Of a DNA stretch of 64,000 nt, positions 38,440 through 51,810 are shown piece after piece. The position numbers and the translations under genes are program-made. Location of the stretch: positions 45,076,001-45,140,000 of the forward strand of contig NC_087437.1 in assembly GCF_036321535.1 (NCBI RefSeq), read 5' to 3'. Within the stretch, counting starts at the first letter, position 1. The number at the start of each line of letters is the position of its first letter. A model generated the notes under the pieces. That model was not told where the DNA came from. It did not search any database and saw only the letters and a list, made by a program, of their open reading frames with translations. This stretch comes from Camelus dromedarius (lineage: Eukaryota).

Positions 38440-40250
38440 GTGTGTGTTTATATTGTAACTAAGAAGTTTACCAAAGTGATGGCACCATTTTACATTCCCA
38501 CTAGCGTGCATGAGCGTTCCAGCTGCTACACACCTTCATCAACTCTTATTATCAGGTTTTTAAAATGTAGCTACTCTAATAGGTATATAGGCATGCTTAT
38601 TGAAGTTTAAATTTATACCTTCCTGATCAATGATGGTGCTGAGCACCTTTCCAAGTGCTTATTTGTCATAGTTGTATCTTCTTTTGTGAAGTGTCTGTCT
38701 TAATATTTTATTTTAAAATTGGGCTAGTTGTATTATTATTGAGTTGCAAGAGTACTTTATACATTCTGGACACACATATTTGACAGATATTGGCATTGTA
38801 ATTATTTTTTCCCACTTCTTTGTTGTTGTTGTTTCCATTCTTTTGTTTTCAAAGTTTTTCAAAGGGCAAATGTTCTCAATTCTGATAAAATCAAACTCAT
38901 TAATTTTCCATGTGTGTTTCCTGAATGTCTTATAAAAGAAATACTTGCATATTCTAATGGTGCAAAGATTTTCCCCTATGATTCCTTCCAGAAATATTAT
39001 TGTTTTAGTTTTCACAAGTAGGCCAATATATGTTTCAAATTAAATTCATATATGATGTGAGGCAGGAGTCAAAATTCATTTTTTCCATGTAAATATACAG
39101 TTTTCCTAGCACCAATCTACAAAAGTATATTTCTGGATTGTCAGTTCTCCTGCATTGATCTAAGTATCTTTTTGATAATACTCTCTTGATTACAGAGGCT
39201 TTATAGTGATTCTCAAAATCAGTTAGTTGAAGTCCTCCAACTTCACTCTTTTCAATTTTAGTTTATCTACTCTAGATAATTTACATTTTCAATTTGGGGA
39301 GAATTGATGGCTTAACAATTTTGAATCTTCCAAACCATGAATATATCTCTCTATTTATTTAGGTCTTTTTCAATTTTCCTGTGTAATGTTTTGTACTTTG
39401 CAATGTCAAAGTACCATAGATAATTTCAGATACTTGTTATATTTCCATTGTTCTTTTCTTTTATAGTTTTTATTTCTCTTCTGAGAATTTCTCTCTTACC
39501 TTTCATTTAAGAGTATATATTTTACCTCATGGAGCATGATTAAAATAGATCTTTAAAGTTTCGTCTGGTATTTCCAACATATGGAACATCTCACCATTGG
39601 TATCTGTTGATAATCCTTTCCCTTGAGAATTTTCCCGGTTCTTTGTATGTAGATGAATTTTGGATTGTGTCTCAGCCATTTTAGTGTGATGTGAAGACTC
39701 TGGGTCCTGTTAAAATCTTCTGGTAACAGTGAGTCCATTTTAGCAGACAATCTACCTGGTTGGGTATAGATTGAGAGTTCTGTCTCAGTTTCTTGGGCAG
39801 TGGTTCTAATTTCAGATTATGTTCCAAAGCTTTTGCTAGGATGCGTTGGCACTATGTCTTATTTGCACAGCTCAGGGGCAAGCCCAACTTGTGTTGGTTC
39901 ATACACTGAGTTAGAGGATCTGCTTTTCCCACACTCTCTGACTCCCAGGAGCTGCTCTTCCTGGTCCTCTGGCTTGAAAGACAGGTTTCTCTCAGAGATT
40001 TACTCATCTGCCCTTTAGTGCAGTACCACATGGCTGGGGACATCCCCTGGAGAAGATCCCCTCTGTCCCCAAAAATAAAGAAAAACTAACAGCAGTTTCA
40101 CACCCACAGATCACAAGGTCTCCTTTTTTCTATTCTTCTGGCCAGAAAGATGTCCCCCCGCCACACCCCGGGTTTTAGGTGATGCACCACCACTACCACC
40201 GTGCCGCTCCATGACGGCGGGACTTGACGGCAGGACCAGTAGTCTTTTGT
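38440..40250 (-). mobile_element. Old L1M remnants (ORF2 3' part, then ORF1/5' region)
   Basis: ccaaagtgatggcaccattttacattcccactagc...tatcttcttttgtgaagtgtctgt (antisense ORF2). Shifts to ORF1-like sequence near 39410. Confidence 0.7.
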
Positions 40251-41496
40251 TGGCAATTTACCTAGTCTTATTTTGTAGTCTATTTCTTAATCTCTCTATG
40301 GATGTCCACTTCCACTTTTACTAATACTTAAGCACTTATTTTACTTTCTGTATCTGACAACACTAATATTTTAAGTGTTCATATGTCACATTCTATTGTT
40401 TCTGTCTCTTTTGTGGATCATTAATGCTTGTTTTTAATAACATACCGTATATGCTGTGATTTTTAAAAATCATTATCTGAGGAATTCTTTGAGACCTTTG
40501 GGATGATTTCTGTTTGTTTCTCTCGGGTGTCTGAAGGTACTAACAATCTAAGAATTCTCAGCTGAAAACATATTCTCAACTTAATGGTTTCCAGAAGACC
40601 TGAGTGCTGTGAATTTAGATCAGAAACTTATGTGAGGCTGAACTTGTCAAAAAAAAAATGTTAAATCTTGCTTATGGATACAACAACTTAAGGAAAAGTT
40701 CTTTTCCTATTTCATCCTTTCACTAAGAGTTTGCCTTCTAGAGACTTGGTTTTGGTAAACCTATTCAGATTTCTCAACTTGTGTGAGGCCCATGAAAGCA
40801 TTAAAACGAAAGCTTTATGTCACTAGTGATTTCCAGATGGCCTTAGGGCTACTGGTAGCTTCAATCCTTCCACACCTTTCTGGATTCTGAGGTCCTTTGC
40901 TTGCATTACCCTGCCTGTACAGACCAAACCATTAAGTATAACAGGAGAATTATTACATTTCATGGGTTGCTCTAGGTTTTAGAAATAGGAAGTAAGCTCA
41001 ACTCATTGACACTGTGAATACTCTACCTGCTCTTAAATGATTTTTTCTTAATCTTTCAGAAAATCATCTTGTCTATTAAAAAAAAAAAAGGCCAAGTCAT
41101 GTCCTTTAAGCTGGAAAATGCACCTTCCAAGAACAGCACAGACGGCTAAGTGTATGATTAACATCTTTCTTAAGGTCATTTACAAAATGGCCATGGCTAT
41201 CTTCCATAGGCGTCTACTCTAAAAGAGGAGAACAGGAAGAAAAATGAAAAAGGGTAAAAAACAGGATATTTGTGCCTTTGCAACTGTATAACTTTCTGTA
41301 AAGTGTGGTTATAATTTTATATGTTCATATTTAGGACACTGTCATGAACACAACAAGTGTAAGAGAAATATACATATAGTTTAATAAGTATCCAGAGATC
41401 AAAGAACACTAGATGAGTGCTTTAGGGAAAAGAGAATGAAATTAGGTCAGAGCTAAATTTTGATTTAGAGAGAGGTTAAGGAAATCAAAAGTAATG

Positions 41497-41535
41497 ATTT
41501 TCAAATGTATTTTCAAATGTATTTCAAATGTATTG
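41497..41535. repeat. Three tandem copies of (t)ttcaaatgtat
   Basis: Read directly from the sequence. Confidence 0.85.
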
Positions 41536-41640
41536 AAAGAGAAGTCAAGGTAGGCATATTGACTTTCTTTCTGCTTTCCTTCTCTTTGATATTCTGTTAC
41601 TGTACCAGGGCCTGCAAGTCATTAAAATAAAGTAAGGTTG

Positions 41641-41643
<3 letters not shown>

Positions 41644-41688
<45 letters not shown>
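41644..41688. repeat. (TG)~22 microsatellite
   Basis: Read directly from the sequence. Confidence 0.97.
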
Positions 41689-41690
<2 letters not shown>

Positions 41691-42689
41691 ACATGCATGC
41701 ATATACAAAATATGTCTTTATATTGAGAAGTATACATTAAAGTTTTTCTGGAAAACTGCTTGAGGAGAAATTATTTTTTAAAAAGTATGTGCTTCATAGT
41801 TTTCTTACAGAGTTCGTAAATTCATAATTATCATAGTTAGATAATGCCTATGCCATAATATAGAAAAGTAGGCAAATACATAATTAAGCCCTACAGAGTT
41901 TATTTGTTCCAACTTCACTCCTTCTGAAAAGACTTTAATATCTCCTCTATATCTTCATATAAAGCTCTAAATCATCAGAATAGTTTAAAATGTCTTTTAT
42001 GACCTGATCCTTACTTAATTCTCCAGCCTCACCTTTGGCCAATTCTCTTACTTTTTCTCTCACTAAATTATTCAGTATATATTACCTTATTTCATAGTTA
42101 TTGTTATTCCATATGCATTAATCTTATTTCCTCATGAATCTTACAAAATGACTGAGTATATAAAATTATTAATTCTCAGTCTAGAGAAAATCAGCTGGGT
42201 GTTTCTAAACATCATGGTGTAGTGGCAAAAGTAGTAGGTTCTGACTCAGAAAAACTGGTCCCTTGTCCTAGCAGTACCACAAGCAATACATTAAATAAAT
42301 TAATTTAAAATGTATTTATTATTTAATTCATCCAGTATTTATTGGGTTATTATTTTGTGCTGAGCACTGAGGCTTCGATACTGAACAAGATAGACTTAAC
42401 ACTTGTTCTCCCATATTTTGTAGGCAGAGTTGGCAAGAATGGGCTTTTGCATCAAACTTACCTATGTTAAAATTCTACTCGTTTCATTATCTTGGAAAGA
42501 GTTATTTAATATCTGTAAGTTTTTCTTTTTGCTCTCATACAGTAGGCTTAATAGCATCCTCATACTGTCAGGATAAAGATTACACGTGACAGCTTATTCC
42601 ACTGATTCCAAAAAGCCCCCTTTCAATGCACACTTCATTATCTTTGAACTCAGAATTTAGCCCAAGAACTTAGTTTTGCCAATCCATGC

Positions 42690-45070
42690 TGAAGTTCTAT
42701 TCTTTCTATAAATGTTTAGTAGTCCATTTTATAAAAAAAAAAAAAAAAAACTTGTTTGTTTATGCTTTAACCTGTTGATGGACATTTGATTTGGTTCCAG
42801 CTTTTGACTATTAAAAGTAAGGCTGATATGAACATTCATGTGTAAGTCTTTGTATGGACATTTATTTCCCTCTTCTATGATAAATATTTAGTACTGATAT
42901 GTATGACAGGTATATACTTTTTAGAAACTACCAAATTGTTTTTCAGATGAGTTGTATGCTTTTGTTTTTGCACCACCAATGTATGAAAGTTCCAGTAACT
43001 CTATATTCTAATAAACAATTGATAAGATCAGTATTTTTAACATGTAAACATTTTAATAGATACGTAGGCATATCTTATTCTAATTTGAATTTTCATTTAT
43101 CTAGTGTCTAATGATGCTGAACACTTTTCATGTGCTTATTTACCATTCGTGTATCTTCTTTGGTGAAGAGTGTGTTCTAATCTTTTCCTCTTTTTGTTTT
43201 AATGGGTGGATCATTCTCTTACTGAGTTTTGTGAACTTTTTATATATTCTAGACGTAAGTTCTTTATCAGATATGTGATCTGTAAATACTTTTCCCAGTC
43301 TTCAGCTTGTCTTTCCATTCTCTTAATAGTATCTTTTGCAGAGGATAAGTATTTAATTTTGGTGATGTCAATTTATCTTATTTTTTAATGCATTATGGTT
43401 TTAGGGTCTTATCCAAGAAGTACTTTTACAAGGAAGACACAAAGATTTTTCTCCTGTTTACTTCCAGAAGTTGTATACTTAGGTTTTACCTTAAGTCTAT
43501 GATCAAACTTGAGATAATATTTTGTTGTATGATACAGATATAAATTAACTGTAGTTCAAGTGTAATGCTGATAATTCATTTTGCTTTTGCATGACAGAAC
43601 AAATCTGTACTTTGCCAGTATTTTAGGTTGACAGATTTTTTTTTTTCAGTCCTTTGTTACTCTACTGTCTTCTGGCTTACATTATTTACGAACAGAAGTC
43701 TGCTGTCATTCTTATTATTATTCCTTTGAATGTAATTTGTCTTTTTTTCCTCTGGTTGTTTGAAGATTTTTGTCTTTATAAATAGTCTTAAGAAATTCGA
43801 TTATCATGTGCCTTAGTGCAGTTTTCTTCACATTTCTTGTATTTTGTGATTTGTTGAACTTCTTAGATACATGGGTTTATAAGTTTTATCAAATATAGAA
43901 AATGTTCAGTCCTATCATCTAAGCATTTTCTTCTGTTCCTCTTTCCTTTATCTCTTCTTTGGGTACTCTACTTATTTGTGTATTTGGACACTTAAGGTTT
44001 TCTCACAGTGCAAAAATGCTATGTTTATTTTTGTCCAGTTTATTTTCCTCTATGTTTGATTTAGGGCAGTTACCGTTGCTTTTAATTAATGTTCATTATT
44101 TTTTTCTGTAGTGTCAAATCTATTGTTAATCATACTTAGTGTTTTATGTATTTCTTACCTTGAACACTTGTGTTGTCATCTCTAGAATTTTAATGCCACC
44201 TCTAAAAAAATTTTTCATGTTTCTACTTATCCTCAATATTTCTTTTAGCTTAGTGAACATAAGGCATAGAGTTAAAATGACTATTTTAATGTACTTGTCT
44301 ACTAATACTATAATCTTGGTTATTTCTGTGTCATTTTTTAGTAACTGATTTTTCTCATAAGTATGGGTTCTATTTTCCTGTTTCTTTGCATACCTGATGA
44401 CTTTTTTATTGAATGTAAAACATTGTATATTTTTCCTTGGTACATGTTGAATAATTTTTATTCCTATAATATTCTTGAGATTTGTTCTGGAACAAAATAA
44501 AATTACCTGGAAACCTTTTAATTCGTTCAAGTCTTGCCTATAAAATTACCTTATGTGAGATCAAAGAAGCATTTAGTCAAGTACCTACTTTGTCAGACTA
44601 CAAAGGCAATACTCTTCTGAGTATTCCAATGCATGTATTAGGAGGTTTTTCCACTCTGTCTGGTATGAATATGAATACATATACGAATCACTTTTCAGCT
44701 GAAAACTCAAGGAACTCTCTGTAGATCTCAGATCTTGGTCCACTCAGCTGTCTCTTCTTCTATACGCCATCCTGAGAGCTCTAGCTATCTCATCTTTCCA
44801 GGATCTCAGCTCTATGTTTTCTACTCAAGGAAAATATCAAGCTATGACTGTGTATCCACTCACTGTGCCACAGGCTAGAAATTTTCCAGGGACTAAATTA
44901 TACCAATCATAGAAGTAACCTTGTTTATTTCCATACTTTAGGCTCACTACCCTTTGTTGCCTAGGTTACAATATTTTAAAAACCACTCTTTTATATTGTC
45001 CTGTCTTTTCAGTTGATTCAAGCAGGCAAGTGTATTTGAAGTCTCTTCTTCTATCTTAGCTGGATGTAAG
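42690..45070 (-). mobile_element. Old L1M remnants (ORF2 3' part to ~43550; ORF1/5' region ~43610-45070)
   Basis: cctgttgatggacatttgatttggttccag...atgaacattcatgtgtaagtctttgtatggacat (ORF2). ctctactgtcttctggctt...agaagtctgctgtcattctta (ORF1). Confidence 0.75.
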
Positions 45071-45125
45071 AGCCCTCTCTTTCATATAATTTTATGGAAA
45101 GTAGAACTTAGCTCTTTATTCTTGT

Positions 45126-45640
45126 GTAGTAAAGAATTTAACCTTGTCCCCAGGTGGTCTGACTCTCATCTTTGGCTTCTGAGAGATAATCTCTAAGCCT
45201 TTGGAATGTCATTCTTTCTAGAAGTGTCTTTGTTTTTCTGGTGGCTTTGGGTCATCAGTCAAACAATATGACTTAGGGTGGGGGCTGGCTATGCTAGGAA
45301 CACTCACAATGTGATTTAGGGTGGGGCTTTAGGTTTTGTGGTATCAGTTGAAAACTAGAGGGACTAGAGATCAAGATCAGCCATATGGGCAATTAATCAT
45401 GCCCACATGATGGAACTCCAATTAAAAGAAAAAAAAAAAAAACCCTCTGAACATTAAGGCTTTGGTGAACTCCTATGGTTGGCAACCCCTTTCCCTTCTT
45501 GTCACACACCAATGCTGGAGAGTAATGCTATCCTGACCCCACAGGAGCAGATAATTGGAAGCTTCATGTTTGAAAGCCTCCTACACTCTATCCTGTGTGC
45601 TCTTCTTTTGATGGTTTTAATCTATACATGTTCATTTTTG
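45126..45640 (+). mobile_element. MER21-like LTR, 3' end missing
   Basis: tgtagtaaagaatttaaccttgtcc...ggcttctgagagataatctctaagcctttggaatgtc...gtgtctttgttt. Confidence 0.75.
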
Positions 45641-47332
45641 AGTTTCATAAAGACCAAGGCAAAGAGAGAAGTGTGAGCTATTACAGAATACGCAATGTCC
45701 ATTGAATAAAACACTCTCTTTCCCACAAAAACTGAGATTTCAGAACAATGTATACTGTGAGTACCTAGGAGTACGGTATGCAGCATCTATGGAGTTTGTC
45801 ACATTTCCCATATTTACCGTGAAATAAATTGTGATTCTAAAATTTTAGCAATTACAAAGATAAAGCTATAATAGTTCTAAATAAAATGTGCTAGTATTAT
45901 AAATAATTTTTTGAGAAGAAAATATCTATTATAGCCAATGAAGTTTTAAAAGTCTCATCAAAACTCAGGAATTTCCCTGAGGGAGAAAGAGAGCATGATA
46001 TAGCAAAGAAATTGGTAAAGAGACAAAAACTGAGAAGATTAAAAAAAAAAATCACAAAAAGAAGTAACAGAGAGATGCTAATAGGGAGATTGCCACGATG
46101 GTAGAGTAGATGCATAGCTCATCCTCTCCTATGAATACATCAAAAACTACATCCACATAGGGAACAATCTACACAAAATACCTACTGAACTTGGGCAGAA
46201 TCTCTCTTATTTCAGAAATACAAGAAAAATCTTCACAAAAACAGGTAGGTAAAAAAAGGAAATCAGTTCAGGACCTATCCCCTGGGGAGGAAGTGGCAAA
46301 GAAGGGGAAAACATCCTCACCCTGGGAAGCCCCTATCCAGTGGGGAGGTCAGCAGGAACAGAAAAGGAGCTTCAGAGGCTTGGGGGACAAAGCCGCAGCT
46401 GCTTGGCAGACAGAACTTAAGAGAAAGCAACACAGAGGAACACTGTGATTCTTGGCCTGAAATACTAGCCAGCAGGGATGGGCCAGGCTGGGCTGCTGGA
46501 GCTTGGATTTCCACAGATAAGCTGGGGAGAGGACTGGGGCTGACTACGCAGAGGCAGCCTCAGGTGGCTGATGTGTGGTGTAGGATGAGCCTGGGAGAGA
46601 GCTCAAATCAGCCTGGGTCCCACCATAGACAGCACCAGTGCTGGTGCACATGGGAGGAGGGACACAATGCAGCCCAGCCATAGCAGCAGTCTCTACCAGC
46701 CCAAAGCACACTGCTCTGCACCACTGTTGGCACAAGTTCTCATGACAAGAGAGGCGGGGTTCTGACACAGTCATCTTCTCAGATTGCTACAGAGGGGCAC
46801 AATCACTGGTGCATGGCTCCTGGGCAGAGGTGGGGCTGAGACCCGAATCCATACCCAGGATGCTGCAACTCTGAAGGCAGAACTGAGATTTGATTGTAGT
46901 CACAGGCAGCGGTGGCTCCACCGCTGCTTTTGTGGACCTGCACCCCTGAGACAAATGAGCGGAGTTCTGGCATATGGCGGGGGTAGGTCTGACGTTAACA
47001 GCAGGCCTGCCTACCATATGCAAATGTAGGCCTGGGCTCTGGGCTGATCTCGTGGTGCACAGTGGATCCAGGTGTGTGACTGCATGTGCTCTATGGCGGG
47101 CCCTAGTGCCTCCCAATGGCAGATCTGCCACACCCCCAATCGAGGGGATAACAGCCAGCACACATGGAGAAGGACATGGCAACAATCCGCACTGAAAACA
47201 GCCCATGTGATAAAATCATTATAGACACACAGTCTATACAGGGATGCTCCCACTTAAAAAAAAAAGTCCCTTTAAGACCACAGTAGACAACTATTATTCC
47301 TAAATTCATAGAATCAGAGAAATACAAGTAAA

Positions 47333-48197
47333 ATGAAGAAGCAGAGGAACCACTCCCAATGAAAGGAACAAGAGAAGTCCCCCGAAGGAACAAACAATAA
47401 AATAGACCTCATCAGTCTACTAAATCATGACTTCAAAAAGTAGGTGATAAAAGCGCTGAAGGAAACACAAGAGACTATCAACAGAAATGCAAAATACTAT
47501 AAAAAGGAAATAGAAACTACAAAGAGAAGCCAATTAAAATCAGAAAACTCAATTGCAGATTTAAAAGCTGACCTAAGGGCAGTAAAAGTAGACTAAATAA
47601 TGCAGAAGAAAGAAAAAGTGATATAGAAGACAGGATAGTAGAAATCATCCACAGACAGGAAAGCAAATGAAAGCAATATGAGAAATCTATGGGATAATAT
47701 GAAGCTTGCCAACCTACGCATAATAGGGGCCCCAGAAGGAGAAGAAAGATAAAAGGGGATTGAAAAGGTATTTGAAGAAATCATGACTGAAAACTTCACA
47801 AACCTAAAGAATGAATCAGATAGTCAAGTACAGGAAGCACAGAGAGTCCAAAACAAGATGAGCTCAAACAGACCTACACCAAGACATACTATAATTAAGA
47901 TGTCCAAAGTTAGAGATAAAGAAAAGATTCTGAAGGCAGCAAGAGAAAACCAAAGAGTTAATTACAAGGAAACCCCCAGCTCATTTCTCTACACTAACAC
48001 TGCTGGCTAAAAGAGAGTGGCAAGGTATATTCAAAGTCCTGACTGAGAAAAAGCTGTAAACTAAGATATTCTACCCAGCAAGACTATCCTTTAAAATAGG
48101 AGCGATAAAAGAATTTCACAGACAAGCAAAAACTAAAAGAATACAGCAATACAAAACTGATCCTGAAAGAAATATAGTAAGGTCTTCTCCAAATAGA
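47333..48197 (+). pseudogene. L1 ORF1p remnant with stops and frameshifts
   Basis: ATG at 47333 is followed by an early stop. ORF 47783-48010 ENFTNLK...QEAQRV...RPTPRHTIIKMSKVRDKEKILKAARE is the L1 ORF1p RRM region. Confidence 0.9.
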
Positions 48198-48590
48198 AAA
48201 GAAGCAGGAACCTATAGAAAAAAGAAAACCATAATTGGAAATGCAATAACTACAATGAGCTGCAAGAGAATAAACATGAAGTTGTACAAGAGGACATCAA
48301 AATGATAAAATATGGGAGAGGGGAGCAATAAAATGCAGATTTTCTTTTTGTTCTTCTTAGAATTTGTTTGAGTCTACATGACTACCAGGCTAAAGCAAAC
48401 AGAAACAGTAAGGGGTTAACATACTTGAAAAACAGGGTTACCAGAAATCAAAAGCATATAATAAGAGTCACAAAAAACAAAAAGAAACCAGGCTAATATA
48501 AAAGAAAGCTATCAAACCAAAAAGAAACACAAAAAGAAAAAGAAAGGAACAAAAAAGAAATACCAAATCAACTGGAAAGCAAAGTTTAAA

Positions 48591-49945
48591 ATGGCAATAA
48601 AAAAAAATCTATCAATAATTACTGTAAATGTCAATGGACTACATACTCCAATCAAAAGACACAGAGTGGCAGATTGGATAATACACCAAGAGCCTACAAC
48701 ATGCTGCATATAAGAAACCCACTTTAGGGTGAAGGACACGTCGATTGAAAGTGAGAGGATGGAAAAAGATATTTCATGCAAGTGGAAATGGCAAGAAAGC
48801 AGGAGTAGAAATCAAAACAGCATGGTATCAGCACAAAAACAGACATATGAATCAATAGAACAGAATAGAGAGCCCAGAAATAAACCCACAGACCTATGGT
48901 CAATTAATATTTAACAAAGGAGGCAAAAATACATAGTGGAGAAAAGACAGTCTCTTCAGCAAATGGTGTTGGGAAAACTGGATAGCAGCATGTAAATCAA
49001 TGAAGTCAGAACACTCCGTCACACCATACACAAAAATAAACTCAAAATGAATAAAAGATTTAAACATAGACAAAACACTATAAACCTCCTAGAAGAAACA
49101 TAGGCAGAACATTCTCTGGCATAAATCTTAGCAATGTTCTCCTAGGGTAATCTACCCAGACAGTAGAAATAAAAGCAAAAATAAACAAATGGGACTCAAT
49201 TAAACTTACAAGCTCTTGCACAACAAAGGAAACTGTAAGCAAAACAGAACAACCACCTACAGAATGGGAGAAAATATTTCCAAATGATGTGACTGACAAG
49301 GGCTTAATTTTCAGAATATATAAACAGCTTATACAACTTAACAACAACAAAAAACCCCAAACAACCCAGCCCATTTTTGGCCTTGACCTAAACAAGCAAT
49401 TTTCCAATGAAGACATATAAATGGCCAATAGGCAAATGAAAAAATGTCCAATATCACTAATTATCAGAGAAATGCAAATCAAAACTACAATGACGTGCTA
49501 CCTCACACCGATCAAAATGGCCATCATTAAAAAGTCTACAAACAATAAATGCCGAAGAGAGTGTGGAGAAAAGGGAACCCTCCTACACTGTTGGTGGGAA
49601 TGTAGTTCGGTGCAGTCATTATGGAAAACAGTATGGAGATTCCTCAAAAGACTGAAAACAGACTTACCATATGATCCAGCAATCCCATTTCTGGGCATAT
49701 ATCAAGAGGGAACTCTAATTTGAAAAGATACATGCACCCCAATGTTCATAGCAGTATTATTTACAATAGCCAAGACATGGAAACAACCTAAATATACATT
49801 GAAAGATGATTGGATAAAGAAGTTGTGGTATGTTTATATAACAGAATACTATAAAATAATGCCATTTGCAGCAATAAATATCGTCCTGGAGATTGTCATT
49901 CTAAGCGAAGTAAGCCAGAAAGAGAAAGAAAAATGCCATATGATT
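48591..49945 (+). pseudogene. L1 ORF2p remnant: endonuclease N-terminus fused to the post-RT/C-terminal region
   Basis: atggcaata...ataattactgtaaatgtcaatggactacatactccaatcaaaagacac (IIT-NVNGL-PIKR) runs up to 48808. Post-RT sequence follows directly (aatcaaaacagcatgg; later [14 protein letters not shown]). Confidence 0.9.
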
Positions 49946-51612
49946 TATCACTCACATGTGGAATCAAAAAAATAAAGATGCAAATAAACTTATTTACAAA
50001 ACAGAAACAGACTCACAGACATAGAAAACAGATTTATGGTTACTAGGGGGAAAGAGGGTGGGAAGGGATAAATTGGGAGTTCAAGATTTACAGATACTAA
50101 CTACTACATATAAAATAAACAAGTGTCTTCTGTATAGCATAGGGAACTATATTCAATACCTTACAGTAACCTATAATGAAATAGAATATGAAAATGGATA
50201 CGTGTATGTATACGTATGACTGAAACATTATGCTGTACACTAGAAATTAACACAACATTGTAAACCGACTATACTTCAATTTTAAAAAAGGAAAAAAATG
50301 AAAAGAAAAAGAACTAATAAAAATAGTTAAATTAAACAAATATGTGCTTATCCTAAGTCTCCACATTTTTTATTAATGAGACAAATTTTCTTGTATACTT
50401 GCAACTCTTAAATAGAAAATGAACAGAAGACGAATAAGGCCCCTACATATGGAACAGAACTGTAACATAGACCTTGCATATTAAATGTAACTTTGTAGCT
50501 TCACAAAATGCAAGGTAGTTCATATAGAAAAGCACGGTAATGGCGTAAGTAGTGAGGCTTTATGAGAACTGTCTGTCATTGCTATGCATATTTCCACAGT
50601 AGTGAGTGTGAATAAATGGAGGAGTTTAGTGGGTGGTACCTAGTATGTGCTTCATAAATGTTTGTTGAAATAAATGCTGCTTCTTCCAACTCTTCTTCCG
50701 ATATCTTCCAGGAACAACTCTAGTCTGCGTGAGAGTGAGAGTGGAAGTAAGCAAAACAGAGATTCCAAGGACGGCAACAGAAAGAGAGCATTTGAGAGAG
50801 AGATACAGAGACAGAGAGAGCAAGACAGAGAAGGGAATGACAGTAATATGTCTTCCATTACTCAGGACTGTCTAAATGTATACATAGACACAAATATCTG
50901 TTTTCCAACATGAGAGAGAACAAATTTTGTATTCTCTGGAAAGGTGAAGCTCACTGACATACTAATGTACGCAAATTATCTGTACAAGACGTTATATTGA
51001 GAGAAAAAATAAAACAAGCTTCCCTCTTGTGGGCACCCGGGGTTAGTGTGCTAATGGTACTATCACTGTTACCAGCATTATACAACTTGACGTGCACGGC
51101 TGCTCTTTATCTGGCCCTATAGTTGAAGTGTACTTGCATATACTCCCATGATACGTAACTTTTCTCTCTTCTCATACATTGAGAAATACTTCATTTAGCC
51201 CAACATAGTGCATTTTGAAAAAATGAGCTTATGGTTTGGTCAAAATCTGTCAGATAGTAATAACACAATTGAATCACTGAGCATTTATAAACACACATCG
51301 CAAAATCACACGTATCAAACAAACAAGCCAGTCGGTTGACAAGCGGAGGTTAAATCCTTGCAATACATAGCAATGCAGGTCCTATGTTTGGTATCTGAAA
51401 TTCTTAAAAATGTTCTGGAGTAACACCAAGACTGTCTCATCAGAATTCATTTTCCCTGCCAAAGCATTCCGTAAGTGTGGAAGAGATAAAACTGCAACAC
51501 AGAAACATATGGGCAGGAGATAAAAGGAGATCAGTGAGCAGGAAAATACGTTTCTCAAAATCTGTGCTACAGTCATTTTTCTTCTCAGTTTTGTTGTTTG
51601 TTTTGCCATTGA

Positions 51613-51810
51613 ATGCCCATAGCCAACATGAAGAACGTTTCTACACAACAGCAAGAGAATACATTGATTCAGACCAAAAAGAGTTCAGTTAATGAAACAG
51701 CAGCAGCAGCAGTAGCAACAAATGGAAATCAAGTTGTTTGGTGTTTTGTAATAAAACTGGCTAATTTGTTTAAATGTTATGTACGTACAGCCCAAATGAC
51801 TAGTAACAAG
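51613..51810 (+). other. Candidate first/alternative exon of an unidentified host gene (possibly coding, up to 66 codons, phase 0)
   Basis: Perfect donor AAG|GTAAGT at 51810/51811. The frame is open from ATG 51613, with in-frame ATGs at 51628 (gccaacATG) and 51796, in non-repetitive sequence. The peptide was not recognised. Confidence 0.45.

Larger units (their letters stand above)
46084..50312 (+). mobile_element. Lineage-specific L1 with 5' UTR, dead ORF1, internally deleted ORF2, 3' UTR and A-rich tail
   Basis: 5' start gggagattgccacgatggtagagtag (decayed aagatggcggagtag). GC-rich 5' UTR to ~47330, ORF1 and ORF2 motifs, and tail from ~50284. Confidence 0.92.

Noticed and set aside
44144..44530. 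128-aa minus-strand ORF
   Set aside because: A-rich decayed L1 ORF1/5' sequence; not a credible gene.
46191..47393. Cluster of overlapping ORFs on both strands and apparent GC island
   Set aside because: It lies in the GC-rich L1 5' UTR, where stops are rare. It is CpG-depleted and shows no recognisable protein similarity.
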